From assembly GCA_964016885.1 (NCBI GenBank), contig OZ024740.1, positions 404,488,001-404,552,000 on the forward strand: a stretch of DNA of 64,000 nt. Reading direction: 5' to 3'. The notes under the pieces are model-generated. The model saw only the letters and a program-made list of their open reading frames with translations. It searched no databases and had not been told where the DNA came from. The position numbers were made by a program, and so were the translations under genes. Origin of the DNA: Eledone cirrhosa (Eukaryota). Shown piece after piece: positions 1 through 14,142 of this stretch (position 1 is the stretch's first letter; each line of letters begins with the position of its first letter).

Positions 1-2320
1 ATACAGTACTACAAAAATATAAAAGAAAAAAGAGGGAATGACAAAAGAAGAAAAAGAAAGGGAGAAAAGCCAGAAGACCCACACATGTCACAACAAGGGG
101 TGCTGGAGTTTTAGTAATTTTAACATACCAATCTCCAGGTTTCTTTTATAGTCACCCATATGTTTTCTGAAAAGAAATTTCTTAATCATTCTCATCTATA
201 AACTTATGCATAAAATAATGTAATTTTCAATAATAAAGATCTTTGATTAATTAAATTAAAAATAACAATAAAAAGCACCCAGTCCAATATAGTGTTGACT
301 AAGAGAGAAAGAAAGAAAACTACAGACAAAAATATGAACTTTTCTCCTTAACTATGTATGTAAAAACTAATTTTTTTCTCCATATTCTTATTATTCTTAT
401 TAATATGCAATTTAACTGCATTATATACTTTCGTCATTGAAAAAGCATATAAAGCTGAAACCAGTACAATTAAATGCGAGAATCTCTATTTTGTAAATAA
501 ATGTTTTGATGTTATTCTGAGAGAAAATCCCTTTAGCATTTTCTACTGTTTGTTTTCCTTTTTACTATTTTTTTATATATATCAACTCGTGTGTCACTTC
601 TCTACATTCTATATATATATATGTATATATATAGAAATACATTCTTATATTTGTTCTGTATCACATTCTACTAATCTACCAGTACTCAAACCAATCTTCC
701 TGGTGACATCATCATCATCACTGTTTAACATCTATTTTCCATGCTTCCAAGGGTTCAATTGGTTGTCACATTATGAGACTAGCCAGGTCAGGTTACCATG
801 CCTTGCTCATATGGAACTATTTTTGGTTTGGTTTCTATGACTACATACCCTTTCTAATGCCAACTATATTACACCATGGACTGGGTGCTTTTCATCATGG
901 CATAAGAACAAGACCCTAACTGGATGGACTGGGTGCTTTTTTGTTGTGGTACCAACACCACCATCTAACAGGAACGTTGGTGATATATCGAGGTAAAAAA
1001 AAAATCCAGCTGCAACTTTGAGCCAAATCACTATTTTTTACGTTATTTAAATTTGACCAATGAAAGTAGTGGAACTTTGTACCCATAGGGATTAAAGTAA
1101 CTCACTATCATAAAAAATTATAATATTCATCCACCTTCTTCTCAATGGATGGTTCTCAACTAATACCATAACGTTGTTTCATTGTTTAGGATCAGATTAC
1201 GATACCAGTGACTGTAGGCTGTTATAGATATCTCAAAGCAAAGTATTGGAAATATTTTATTCTTGATTCTAATTTCATATTCAACAATACTAAAGGAAAA
1301 TTACGAAATTCTTCTCTCTCTGTCTATCATCATCATCATCATCATCCCCGTTTTACGTCCATTTATCCACACTAGCATGGGTTAGACGGGTTTTCCTGTT
1401 GTGGGAAGTGTCCAGTCGGCTGATCTTGTCTTGCTCATACAGGAACTGATTCTGGCTTGATTTCTACAGCTGGATGCCCTTCCTAACACCAACCTCATTT
1501 ACATATTGATTAAACTAATTATGAAGCTCTCATTATCGTTTTTAGACCCTAATGGTTAAGCTGTTGGACTCGTGGTTGTAAAGTTGTTGATTCAATTCCA
1601 AGCCTAAGCAGCACATTATGCCCTTGGGTATGACACATCCTTTCCTGTTGCCAGAGTCCATTCTGTTGAAACAAGTAATATTAATAGTTGCTTAGGATTA
1701 ACCCTGTGACAGACGGGCATCCCATTTTGTATTCTGTCACTCAGTGCTAATGAAACTGGAATAAGCTGAAGCCTGGTGAGAACTCTAAATTCAAGAAATA
1801 TTTTAATTTTTTGACAAGACTGGTTAGAGGGGTGGAGAAAGGTATCCTCAAACCAGATACCTGATCTGTAAGCTTGCAACAGTGTAGACTCCACTAAAGG
1901 CCAAGTCATGGTACTAAACCATGTAATGGGTTACGTTAACCATACAAAAAGGCTATAGCAAGATTTGAACTTAAAATGCAAGAAACCAGAACAAATGTCA
2001 TCAGGTATTTTTTCCAATACTCTAATAATTTCACCAGTCCATTATCTCAAAAATTACATAATTGTTTCTACTTTTGGCACAAGGCCAGCAATTATCCCAA
2101 TGTATTACTGGTACTTTATTTTATCGACCTCGTAAGGATGAAAGGCAAAGTTAACCTCGGCGGGATTTGAACTCAGACCATAAAGGGCCGTAACTCTTTG
2201 CTGCAAAGCATGGCGTTCGAATATTTAATCAACAGATAAATGGCTTCAGTATATATGATTTATTTAATAAATGTCTCTGTAAATAAATATTTCTTTATTT
2301 CTCTTTTTTTTCTTTGCTAG

Positions 2321-2563
2321 CATACACATGTAAACCAAGACTTTGAAGATCTTTTGCAGCAAGTCAAAGAAAAATACCCTGATATTAAAGTAATTTATGG
2401 AAGTCAGGAAGCCCCGAAGAAACCAAAGGCTGTTATCCATCCTATGGCTAGATTAGTGCGATATTTGGATGACAATAACATACGATTGGCTGATTGTTTC
2501 GGTACTTTTGATGAAGATGGCAGCATGACTGTTACACATGAAGAATTTATAAAAGGAATTGAG
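2321..2563 (+). CDS. EF-hand gene exon (first EF-hand, DEDGSMTVTHEE)
   Basis: Pyrimidine tract and ctag acceptor ending 2320, 81 open codons, GAG|gtgaag donor. Confidence 0.85.
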
Positions 2564-2885
2564 GTGAAGTATTTTCCATCATCTCAAGGGTGGTGGAGGG
2601 GCAAAATCAGAAGAGATGAAAAAATATGCAATATGATATTTCATTATGGCCCTTTACATTCTTAGTTCAATGCTCACCAAGGACCAACTTTGCCTTTTAA
2701 GACTTCCAATATTGATAAAAACACTACCAGTCAAATACTTGGGTAGAGTCAGTAGACTTATACTACATTACCCTCTCTTTTCCCCCTCTTTCTCCCTTCT
2801 CTCTTTCTTCCAATCTATCTCCCTCCCTCTCTCGCTCCCTTCTCTCTTTCTCCCTCACTCTATCTCTTTTGTCCTCGCTTTGCCC

Positions 2886-2916
<31 letters not shown>

Positions 2917-5270
2917 ACTTTGTCTCTCTTTATTTGTCTAATTTTTTCACCAATATATTGTTTCATGAGTAACAAAAACCTGATTTAGTGTTAATTCTCT
3001 TTAAGAATATTTTAGCTAAAAGTGGGTTAAAATTCTGTGGAAGCAATCTCACTTCATTCACATCTTATGAGTTAGAAAAGCATTAAAGTCAAAATCTTCA
3101 TTTATTTTTCCTTTCTATATATATTAGGCATTGTTTCTATGCTTGAAATGAAGTTATTTAGCTTTTAAGTGAAGAGTAGTGACAAAATGCTGTCAGAAAA
3201 GTTTATTCAAAATCTGTTGTCATGTTCTTATAGAAATCAAAAAACAATCTTTGTTCTTTGGAAAAACGATCTCTGTAAGTAACTATGAATATACTGTTGG
3301 GGTTGTATGGGTGAGATAAATAGCATTATCTATGGTTGATCATGGCATACAGCTAAAAGGAATAGGCCTTAAGCTAGCAACTTATATGATACAAACTGCA
3401 GGCATTCTGTTATATGTCTGGGCAATTATACATGCCACAGTTCAGCTAGTCTTGGCTGATAGCACCAGATCTTTCAGGAAATGTAAAGCTGCTATGTAAT
3501 AACTACTAGTTTACATTATGTAGAATATGAGGCTCTATGAAGCAACGCTATGAGACAATAATTATTGATTTTTGGCAGCAGCACTCAGTTGAAAGGCTTG
3601 GAGCTTACCCTCTATAAATTTTACCAAACAATTATAAGCTTATTGGTTCTTGAGTGGCTTTACTAATGACATGTAACCTAGCCAGTGTTTGTTTAGGTAT
3701 GATAAACACTATTTAGAGATAAATGAATGCCAAGGTTATAATGGAAAATACATTAGGCATAAGATTATCAATTTGAGTTAGAATAGGCCCCTTGACAAAA
3801 CTCTAACCATGTATATGTTGAATGGCAGTTGACTAAATGGGTTTAATCACTAGCACAGCAATCCAGTAACCACTAGATTCATGGTTCAAGCTAAAATTGG
3901 AACTTATAATGTTATAAAGTCATATCTGTACAAACAGTACAGGTTTTTAACTGATGCTGCAATAAATGTGAATGTAAACACACATTTTTTTGTATATTTA
4001 AGCATGTAAACATGTCTTATCTGTGTATTTCTCTGTAGATTGAAAAAGATGAACAACTTAACTTGAGTTTTGATCTTTGTTGAGATCTTCATTAGAAACT
4101 GTCTACATCTTTTAAGATCCACAAAGAAATATGTAACCATCAGATATGGTAGAATGAAAGAACTGTACCTACTAAGTTGTGTAATTTTAGTGTTTACATT
4201 GGTAGTTAATTCAATTATATATTAAATTGTGCACTAAGTAGCTAAAGTATATTATAAATTCATGAATTTATAATATGTCCCAGCTGCTTAGTTGCACAAC
4301 TTAATATGTAACTGAATTAGCCTTATGTTAATATCAGTCATGAAAAAATATTTGTGCTTTTCTTGGTTCCTTGCTATGCTCTAGGGAAAAAATCCTATTG
4401 ATTTATATGTTGAGACGAGCTGTTATATCTTTGAGCCAAATACTGCCCCAGTACATCTAGCTGGAAATTGCATTCCCTAACATAGAAGGAAGATTCTTTA
4501 CTTTTTATGAATTAGTCAGAGAAGGAAAGGAAATGCTCATGAACTATTTCAAGGCAACTAAGACTGGTGAGAAAAAGAAAGGAAGTTATTCTCAGGCTGG
4601 AGACCTTGTTGATTTACTTATAAAGATTCTCATGGACCAGATGGTGGTGTTGAAGCAGATGACAGATTATCTGTATTTAATCTATGTAAACTTTAAAGCT
4701 ATATCTATATAAGGAAGAAAGGAGCACTTGCACAACACGCTCCTGGAGTTGAGGGTTGTTCTATCGACGGGGTATTAAACAACCCATTTGTGGTGCTTCC
4801 CCCCTATTGGGGTTTCGATTGTTGTAATTGTTTGTTTTATATTTTTTACACGACTGTATGTAAAATCCCTGGCATGTCTTTGTATTGTCCCCTTTTCTTG
4901 TGCACCCTTGTGGCAAATAAAGAAATCTATCTATCTATCTATCTATATAATACTAAACATCCGTGATTGCTTGCTTGCTTGCTTGCTTGTCTGGTAATTA
5001 ATACAGCCAAAAGGGCGCATAATGGAAAAATACTTTGAAAGGAAGTTGACCCTGAAATGGGAATACAAATGGAATAAAACAAGTTTTGCATAAATCGGAC
5101 CATGGGTTCCCAAGATATGGGGTTTTTCCAGGTACCTTCATAAACAGAGAGCGATAGAAAGAGAGAGAGAAAGAGGTAGTGTTAGTGAGAGAGTAGATTG
5201 AAAGAGAGACATAGAGAGAGGGAGAAGAGACAGAGAAGGAGAATGGAAGAGAGAGAACTGGTGGTGTTGT

Positions 5271-5310
<40 letters not shown>

Positions 5311-7787
5311 TGTGCGTGTATATATGTGTGTGTGTGCCTATGACCAGTGTATATAGATCAGACACCCACATATATATATATATATACACACACACATACA
5401 TATATAAATAGGTATACAACCACACACATTTATATATATATATATATACACACACGTATATATATGGCCCTTCCAGTTTCATTTCACATTATATACATGT
5501 CTGTGTATATTTTAATTATTTAAAAATTATTTTTAAATGAACATGATTTTTAAAACATTTTTTGACATGAACATGTCCCAATGGGTCACGAGTGGTCTAG
5601 TAAACTATAAAAGTAGATAAACTGTATATAAATAACTAACTATATAAAATCTTCTTTTCCAGTCAATTGGACTAAAATTAGATGATACCCAAAAAGCATT
5701 CTTGTTGAATGAAATGGATCGTGATGGAGATGGGGAAATTGACTACAGGTATCAGATATTTTATATATGTGTGATTTTGGGGGTGAATACTACTACCAGA
5801 TTTATTCAATAAAGGTTTTCCGCATGTATACACATATTCATATATGCTCTCTTGCTCTCTGAAATATAAGCATCAGATATTTACATATTTCATAAATAAT
5901 TTAATGAAGAATTCCATATCTAAATTGCTGCAGAGAGTTGTAACTAAAGGTTGAAATTTCTACGACACGTAAGCTCATCTTATGTTTTGTGCTGTGTTAT
6001 AATCACTCTATTCTTCAATTTGGTTGCTCTATTCCATTACCATAGGCTGGGGACGAACATTGAACATTTGTTTCCCATGCAAGGGTTCAATACTCTCAAC
6101 TAATATTACATTATAGCATAAATGTTTTTTTTATTTTAGCCCCAGGTCAGCGTGTATTGGGTAAACCTATGATCAAAATCATTCCAGCTTTAAATAGTCT
6201 TTTTTTCTCTCAATACCTAGCACTACATTATCTAATACATCTTTACTTTTAAAAGAAATAAAATATGATCTAAGGGAGATTTGGTTATTTCTAGCCAATT
6301 GAATTATTACATAGAGACTCCACTAGGCGCATTTTTCCTCATACCACCCCACATCAAATAATAATTTCACATTTTTACTTAGAGCAGAGTAGTTAAACAT
6401 GGTGAATCATTGTTTGAATTTCTACCCATATATAGCAGAAAATATATTTAGTGAGAGTTGTCAACAATCAGAAAACATACCAGTAATATAAACAAGCTAC
6501 TGAAAGAACCTCTACTAAGCGATCTACCTGCTAGAAATAGCAGCCAAATCCTCCTTAAATCATAGCCAATGTTTTTAAAGGAAATGACATGCTGGATAAT
6601 GTAGTCTTAAAGCATAAAGAACCCCTTCGGGGTCATGAATGACCATGGGATTTACACCTAGAAAGTTTTCTTCTAAGGCACAAGTCTAGGCAAGGTTGTT
6701 TGTGGAAGACCAACAGTCACCCATGCATACCAGTCTCCCCTCTCCACTCCACCAATCTTGTCCAAGAGAAAGCCAATGACCAATACAGTTTGACACCAGT
6801 GACATCACAACTTATTTCTACAGCTGAGTAAACTGAAGCAACATGAAATAAAGTGTCTTGCTCAAGGACACATCACATCACTTGATCCAAGAATTGAACT
6901 CACAGCCTCATGATTGTAAGCTCAATGTTCTAACCACTAAGCCATGTGACTTCACAATGTAGTTTTAAATACTCTGAAAAAGGTGAGATAGTCACAGCTG
7001 GAATGTTTTTGATCATTTGTCTACTTAAATAGGGTTGATCTCGAGTTAGATAACAACCTCCAGTAATATACGGAATCAATGAACTCACCTGTATGTCCAC
7101 TTCAAAATTTATCTGGTGCATAATCAAAATAAATCGAGTTGCTATTACTCAAGTGTGTGTAGAGTTTCCTGATAATTTTATGGACAAAATATAGAGTACT
7201 TGATATATATTGTAAATCAAATATATTTATTATAATAGCTAAAATTAACTACTATTCCCTTACTTTGAGTTTCATCACCTGAAAGGTAATAGTATCTTAA
7301 TGAAGAATTCTTATCATTATTGTTATTTTCATTTTTTTTTTTCTGAAATACCACCTTAGGGGTAGGTTTGGCATGATACTTAAAGTAATGGAAAGCAATT
7401 TTGATTATTATGATATGTATTTTGTGTGTGTATGCAACTTGTATAAATATATTATTCTAATTTTATCATCTTAAGCAATACTGTATAATACTGTACTAGA
7501 TTAGTAATTTCCTAGGCTATTACAGGTAATTTAAAGAGAGTCATTTGAATACCTTCTCTTGTGGTTTTTATCAAAATCCTATCATCATTGAATATAAATG
7601 GTTCTGTGCATAACGTTTGACACATGATGATATGTTAGAATATCTGTGGTAGTTGTAATTATTAATATGAAACCTAATCTCTTTGATATCTTTCAGTGAA
7701 CTCGTTCGATCACGAATGGAATTCAAAGCTAAAGCTAATTCCGCTGAATACCTATTCCCAAAGATGCATGTAGAATCCAATAGATGA
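2321..7787 (+). CDS. LRRC74A: 3' part of an EF-hand protein gene, probably LRRC74A-like; join(2321..2563,5663..5748,7697..7787); 5' exons lie upstream of the window
   Basis: Three exons with GT-AG ends in consistent phase (0, 2) give ...HPMARLVRYLDDNNIRLADCFGTFDEDGSMTVTHEEFIKGIE/SIGLKLDDTQKAFLLNEMDRDGDGEIDYS/ELVRSRMEFK...ESNR*. There are two EF-hand loops. The LRRC74 assignment rests on recalled similarity of the C-terminus; the LRR part is not in the window. Confidence 0.62.
4942..5600 (+). mobile_element. Non-autonomous Helitron-like element (family H1)
   Basis: A|TC start, (GCTT)n and (TA/CA)n interior, subterminal hairpin catgtcccaatgggtcacg, CTAG|T end; second copy at 12272-16003. Confidence 0.72.
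5663..5748 (+). CDS. EF-hand gene exon (second EF-hand, DRDGDGEIDYSE)
   Basis: ttttccag acceptor, canonical EF loop, AG|gtatca donor, phase 2. Confidence 0.85.
6620..6950 (-). mobile_element. Older CORE-type SINE with a different 3' tail
   Basis: Same tRNA head and CORE; distinct tail ending ggtcattcatgaccccgaagggg. Confidence 0.65.
7697..7787 (+). CDS. EF-hand gene terminal coding exon
   Basis: tctttcag acceptor; completes the EF loop (S-E-L) in phase; TGA at 7785-7787. Confidence 0.75.
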
Positions 7788-8305
7788 GAAATCTATTCAG
7801 AGTTCTGTTTTATAGTTTGATTAATACACAGCATCGTATACACAAGAGATTGCTCTATTCATATATATGTATCTGGAAGTGGACATTATAACAACAATAT
7901 ATAATAATCAATTCTAAACATTACCTTGCACAATTGAATAACAAAAACAGAACACAGTTTAATAATGGAAAGATTGCAAACTGTAGTCGAGTTCCAGCAG
8001 AAAAGTTGAGAAAGTTGAAAAAGGTGAGAAAAAAGCTTATAAATTGTGAGAAGTTTCAAAGCAAAAGCCAGGATGATGATTACTTCCAAGACATTTATTA
8101 CATACTCATAAAACGTAGCCATGAAACTATTAAAGTGAACATCATGTGAAATATTTAATATCAGCCCTACATATCTCCGTGATATGAAAATAAATTATTT
8201 GTGTACTATAAGATTAAGATTAATATGTGTGATTCTGTATTACAATATACAAGGTGTTTTGAAATAAGATGGCATGTATGTGAATCAATATAAGCATGAA
8301 TATAA

Positions 8306-8696
8306 TAATTGTTTCTACTTTAGGCACAAGGCCAGCAATTACCCAGTACATTACTGGTACTTTATTTTATCGACCCCGTAAGGATGAAAGGCAAAGTTAA
8401 CCTTGGCGGGATTTGAACTCAGACTGTAAAGGGACGTAACTATGCTAGAAAGCATGGCGTCCAACCCTCTACTGATACTGCCAATTCACCGCAATGAATA
8501 TAATAATATAATTGTTTCTACTTTTGGCACAAGGCCAGCAATTACCCAGTGTATTACTGGTACTTTATTTTATCGACCCCGTAAGGATGAAAGGCAAAGT
8601 TAACCTCGGCGGGATTTGAACTCAGAATGGCAAGGGCCGTAACTCTATGTGTCAAAGCATGGCATCCGACCCTCTACCGATACTGCCAATCCACCG
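8306..8696 (-). mobile_element. Two tandem copies of a ~190-bp tRNA-like SINE (Meta-domain-like body, ATT tail)
   Basis: Reverse strand gcggtggattggcagtatcggtag...GAGTTCAAATCC...ctttgcctttcatccttacggggtcgataaaataaagtaccag...gtagaaacaatt. Other copies lie at about 2059, 11858, 17667, 19515, 24337, 28512, 48575 and 42928 (degraded). Confidence 0.8.
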
Positions 8697-11600
8697 CATG
8701 CTTACAGAACGAAAACACAAACTCATATAGTATATACAAATATAAACACATAAAAGAGAGATAAAAAACATTAAAAAAAGAGGAAAAAGGGGGATGCAAT
8801 TCACCACCAAGTGTTACAATCAGCCGCACCTTACATCATAAGGGTTAACTAAACACTTTGAGACAAGCCAAGATGCTCGCAGCATTGCCATGGGTGATGG
8901 TGAGGCTAAGGAGCTGAAACAACCAGGCACCCTCACCAGTATCACCTGAAACCTCAGTAAGGTGAGCCACCAGTAAGTATACTGGATCCTCCATCAGTTT
9001 CACTGATGAGTATTCAGTTGTCAAATCAACTGAACCTTCAGCTTGTGTATTAACAAGTTAAGTAGTTGAATATTCCATCAATACATGTATATAACTTTCA
9101 TATAAATTCAAAGCTGAATCTCCATCACACATTATATGATCAGATTGTGAAAACAATATAACCCTTTAACATTTAAACTGGCCAGAATTCTCTCACCTCT
9201 TTCTGTTCAAACTGGCTGTAACTGGCTACTCATACTTATGTTAAGGTATTATTCTCAAAATAAATAATATCAAAATTCCATTGATTCGATATTATGTGAG
9301 GTAAAGCCTTTACCATAAAAATGCAATAGTATATATAGAGTAATATAAATACTCTATATATACTATTACATTTTGACATACGATCTCACACTCTACCTTT
9401 GATGCTATCATAACAAAATTATGTTCCACCTAAATTATTTGGCTGAAAGCATTAGGCAGAATTGATGAAGTGTCAGACAAAATGCTTTGCAGTATTTGTT
9501 ATGGATCTCTACTTTCTGAGTTCAAATCTCATTAAGGTCAAATTTGCCTTTCATCATCATCATTGTTTAACATCTGTTTTTCCTGCTAGCAAGGGTTTGA
9601 CATGTCATCGCAGACCAGTCAGTACTAAAGTAGAGCCTCTGACCTCTTGGTGGGCCAAGGAGCACACATCCTGCTTACATACATTCCCATAATCTATCAA
9701 TTGCTCCAATGGGCTGGAGGCTTGACATACGATCCCCCACTCTACCTTTGATAAAATACTGTAACAGTCAAGAACTAAGGTCAATTTAATCAACCAGTCT
9801 TTCTCCACAAATGTCCTGGAATGAAACCGAAGTCAGAAATACTAATAGATTTATATATAATTATGAACACATATCTATACTTATTCCTGATATTGAAGGC
9901 ATGTGGCTTAGTAGATAGCGAGCTGGATTCACAATCGTGAGGTTGTGAGTTCAATTCTCAGACCGGGTGGTCAGTTGTGTCCTTAAGCAAGACACTTTAT
10001 TTTACGTTTGTCCTTCTGCCAGGAGTTGCAACCAGTAGATACTATCAGCAATGGAAAGACCAATGGAAACATTGTTTCTTTGGTCTAATTTGACGAGGTC
10101 CACCCCACTCAGCAAGTGAATGAGGTCTGGGATCTTGTCGGTCGATCAGATCAATATTCGAGTGGAAGTGAGAGTTTACACATTTGCTTGCTATGCTGGA
10201 AATATTAACCAAATTTCCCTCAAGCCATGTCCTACTATTTTAAAGTCACTAATTTTTCATAAACTGAAATTTAAATGAATTAAAAGTAAATTTACATGTA
10301 TCTTATTATACAACTTATGGACCTGTGCCAACCATAATAATAACATTAACATTAAATACATTTCTTTGGTGGAGTCCAGGAGTGGTATGCTGTATATATC
10401 AAGATTACTGGATATGTGAATAATCATACAAACTGAAAATTTGTCTTTTGATGAATTAATGGTTTGCACAAGAGAAACCCTATAGTTTACATTGATTGTT
10501 GACATGTGGAAGTGATTAAAGATAAAAAATATTTTAATAATATATTTCTAGGATGTAAATACATAAATGTTCAGTATGCATGTAAAAGTGACATACAGTA
10601 TTAAATTAATGAGTAATATAGGAAAATAGCTATTTACAGGGAGAAATGTTGGAATAGAACTCAGGACCTTATGATTGGAAAGTGAACTTATTATTGCAGC
10701 AATATAACAGAGATAGGAAATGTATTTTGTGTGTAGATGTATGTAAATTTTAGTTACAAACAGAAACATATATGTAAATACACAAACAAGTATAACATAT
10801 TATTACAGTTGATGTATGACTTATTTCATTTCAAATATTTATGCCCCACTGTGTTGCATAGAGCAATTATAAGTAAATATATATTTCATGGTTGATGAAG
10901 TTTTTCACATAAATTTTGTGAACCACCTTCTGAATAATGACATTGTATATCATTGATGTAGCTTATGATATAGACAAATGAGATGGTCACTGATATAACA
11001 CCTTTGGTCAAGGGTCAGCTTGATCAGAGTTAACCTGAAGCTAAACAACAACATATATTGGATTTATCTTTAATCATGAGGCTGTCCAGGTAATTAGAGA
11101 TAACCTGGGGCTAAACAACAACATATATTGGGTTCATCTTTCGTTATCAGGTTATTTAGGATAGCCTGGAGTTAAATAACATTGTTCACAAAAGGTAATC
11201 CATTTTCTATTACAAAGACATTGTTATATTAATGTCTACAAGCAGTGATCTAAAATATAACAAATACTCAAACCAGTTACAATAAAATATTGAATGCCAT
11301 TAGAATTATTGAGACAACAGGAAATGCTATGCAATTAATTGCATGTTCAATTTGTTTTTGTGTTAGAAAACGAAAGCTGCTGTTTTAGTCTGCCTCTCCA
11401 CTATTTTCACACATTATATATGTATATTAAAACTATAAAACTATTAATCCCCCCCCCCCCCTCTAAGATTGATTAATTAACTCTCACCAGGAATAATAGT
11501 CTAGCAACCAATCTGCATAGAACATAGTTTTCTGTGTGAAACTAAAACAGTCAGCATGCTGCATATGAGAATTGATAATAAAAATATCAAGGTCATTCAT

Positions 11601-11857
11601 TAAAGTGGGTCATCTGACAAATCTCCACTAAATCTATTCAATTTTCATATTAACTAGTTTGTGCTGCTAACATTGGCCACTACTTGCACATATTTTTTTT
11701 AAATCTCAAGTCACTAAAGTGTAATGTTTTAACTCAATCCAGAATATAATAAAAATCAGATAATATGATACAAATAAAAAAATAACAAACCATTTTTAAT
11801 AGATTTCTTTTTAAAAATATATGCAGTACTAAAAAAAGGTGGATGATAAAAGAAGAA

Positions 11858-12150
11858 ATAATTGTTTCTACTTTTGGCACACGGCCAGCAATTACCCAGT
11901 GCATTACTGGTACTTTATTTTATCGACCCCGTAAGGATGAAAGGCAAAGTCAACTTCGAAGAAATAATTGTTTCTACTTTAGGCACAAGGCCAGCAATTA
12001 CCCAGTGCATTACTGGTACTTTATTTTATCGACCCCGTAAGGATGAAAGGCAAAGTCAACCTCGGCGGGATTTGAACTCAGATCGTAAAGGGACGTAACT
12101 ATGCTGGAAAGCATGGCGTCCGACTCTCTACCGATACTGCCAATCCACCG
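11858..12150 (-). mobile_element. Truncated and full-length Meta-like SINE copies inserted at the same site
   Basis: gaagaaataat at 11851, 11958 and 12157. Confidence 0.78.
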
Positions 12151-12279
12151 CTCTTCGAAGAAATAATACTCATGGATGAACAGTCAGCATGTTGATAGTT
12201 CAACTAATTCTAACAGATTTTCTAAGTGGAGAGTATTTATGTTAACTATTAACAGATCTTTCACTGATTTATCTATATA

Positions 12280-13471
12280 CTAGCAGCAGTACACAGCGTT
12301 GACTGGGTAGGTAAAATAATATCTGCTTTGATGAAAAGGTATTGATCTTAGCGACTGTTTCTCGATGACTCATCTATGGCCACACACAGGCCATGCGGGG
12401 GAGGGTGGTGATGACCTCTATCACTGAGAAACGCGGGTGACTGACAAAGGTGTATGCTGGGGGAGGGAGTTTCGAATTTGAACGAAATCGGTTAAAAAAT
12501 GAGGTAGCTAGAGCCAAAAAGGCGGAAATTTGAGCGAAAAGGTGGTATTTTCGAATATTTAAGCGGCTCCCACGCCGTTCCTGAACAAAAAATCCAAAAT
12601 GTAAAGCCACTTTAAGACGTGAAATAATCAGATCTAGCGTAGTGTAAAATTTGAACAAAGTAGGTTGATTAATGTGGGAGCTAGAGCCGAAAAGGTGGAA
12701 ATTTCAGTCTAAAAGTGGTATTTTTGAATATTTAAGCGGCTGCCACACCGTCCCTGAACAACAAATGCAAAATATAAAGCTATTACAGGATGTGCAATGA
12801 TAAATTCTATTTTGCTTTAAAATTTGAACGAAATCGGTGGCAAAATGTGGGAGCTAGAGCCAAAAATCTCATTTTTCGATACCTAAAAAAAGGTGTAGCG
12901 GTTGTCTCCCTTGTTTGGATTAACATCTGGACGGGAAGTGGAACCCTTTCTGTAACTTCCGGCAGAGCCCTATAAAACGAATAGCTCTCGGTTCTCTACC
13001 TCTCATTGCCCTTTTGGCACCAGGCCAAGAGCCTCTCATTTGGCCTTCCGGCGCCTGGCCTTCCGGCGCCTGGCCTTAGCCAGGCGTCCTCTGCCAGCCG
13101 CGTTTGCCTGGCAATAAAAACGGTAACGACTAACTTTGTTTCATTCTATCATCTATTTCTTTGACATATCGACTATACTATCTACCATTGTTAATTAAAT
13201 ATTATCTACACAAACCATGCCTCGTTTTGTTACATTCATACAACCCAGTATCTTCGCTATAAAGGTGACACCCCCCACCCCCCTATCGATTTTTATCTGC
13301 AGAATTACCCCAGAATAAAAAAAAAAACGATATGCTGATATATAGAAAACACTCCCCGATGACTAATCTATGAGCCTGTAAAGTTTCATGAAAATCGGTC
13401 GAAAGATGTAGGCCCCTATAGGTAATACACAGACACACAGACACACACACACACTTTTATATATATACAGA
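12280..13471 (-). mobile_element. Non-autonomous Helitron-like element (family H2)
   Basis: Reverse strand: A|TCtgtatatatataaaagtgtg...accgattttcatgaaa...cccagtcaacgctgtgtactgctgCTAG|T; inserted at an AT dinucleotide without a TSD. Confidence 0.75.
12894..13261 (+). mobile_element. Solo LTR (Gypsy-like, 4-bp TSD AAGG)
   Basis: TGTAGCG...CGCTATA ends, TATAAAA and AATAAA inside, AAGG on both sides. Confidence 0.72.
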
Positions 13472-13791
13472 TTACTAAAAGTCTGTGATTGCTTGCTTGT
13501 CTGTAATGTAATACAGCCAAAAGGGCACATAATGGGAAAATACTTTGAATGGAAGTTGCCCCTGAAATGGGAATACAAATGGGATAAAACAAGTTTCGCG
13601 TAAATCGGACCATGGGTTCCCGAGATATGGGGTTTTTCCAGGTACCTTCATAAACAGAGAGAGAGAAGATAGAGAGGAAGAGACAGTGGTTGTGAGAGAG
13701 TAGATTGAAAGAGAGACATAGAGAGGAGAGGGGGGGAGTCAGAGAAGGAGAATGGAAGAGAGCTGGTGGTGTTGTTGTGTATATATATATA

Positions 13792-14142
13792 TCATCATCA
13801 TCATCATCATCATTTCATTTTACGTCCGCTTTTCCCTGCTTGCAAGGGTGGGACGGGAACTGATTCTGGCTTGATTTCTACAGCTCGATGCCCTTCCTAA
13901 CACCAACCTTATTTACAGTGAGTGCTGGGTGCTTTTTTTCCGTGGCACCTACACGTCCACTTTACAGTGGAATGATATGGACCCCAGTCCCTATCATCGC
14001 ATTTCTACAGCTGAGTAAACTGGAGCAATGTGAAATAAAGTGTCTTGTTCAAGGAAACAACACATCACTTGGTCTGCTGAGAATTGAACTCACAACCTTT
14101 CGATTGCAAGGCCAATGCTCTAACCACTAAGCCATGTGCCTC
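13792..14142 (-). mobile_element. CORE-type SINE, same family as 15262
   Basis: Reverse complement of the 15262 copy; (CAT)n tail. Confidence 0.8.

Noticed and set aside
7934-8149. 71-aa K-rich ORF after the EF-hand gene stop
   Set aside because: It starts at TTG, has no recognisable motif and lies in the probable 3' UTR. An alternative exon cannot be excluded without RNA data.
13888-14130. Recurrent ORF MPFLTPT...LQGQCSNH in several places
   Set aside because: It is the antisense reading of the CORE-SINE, not a gene family.
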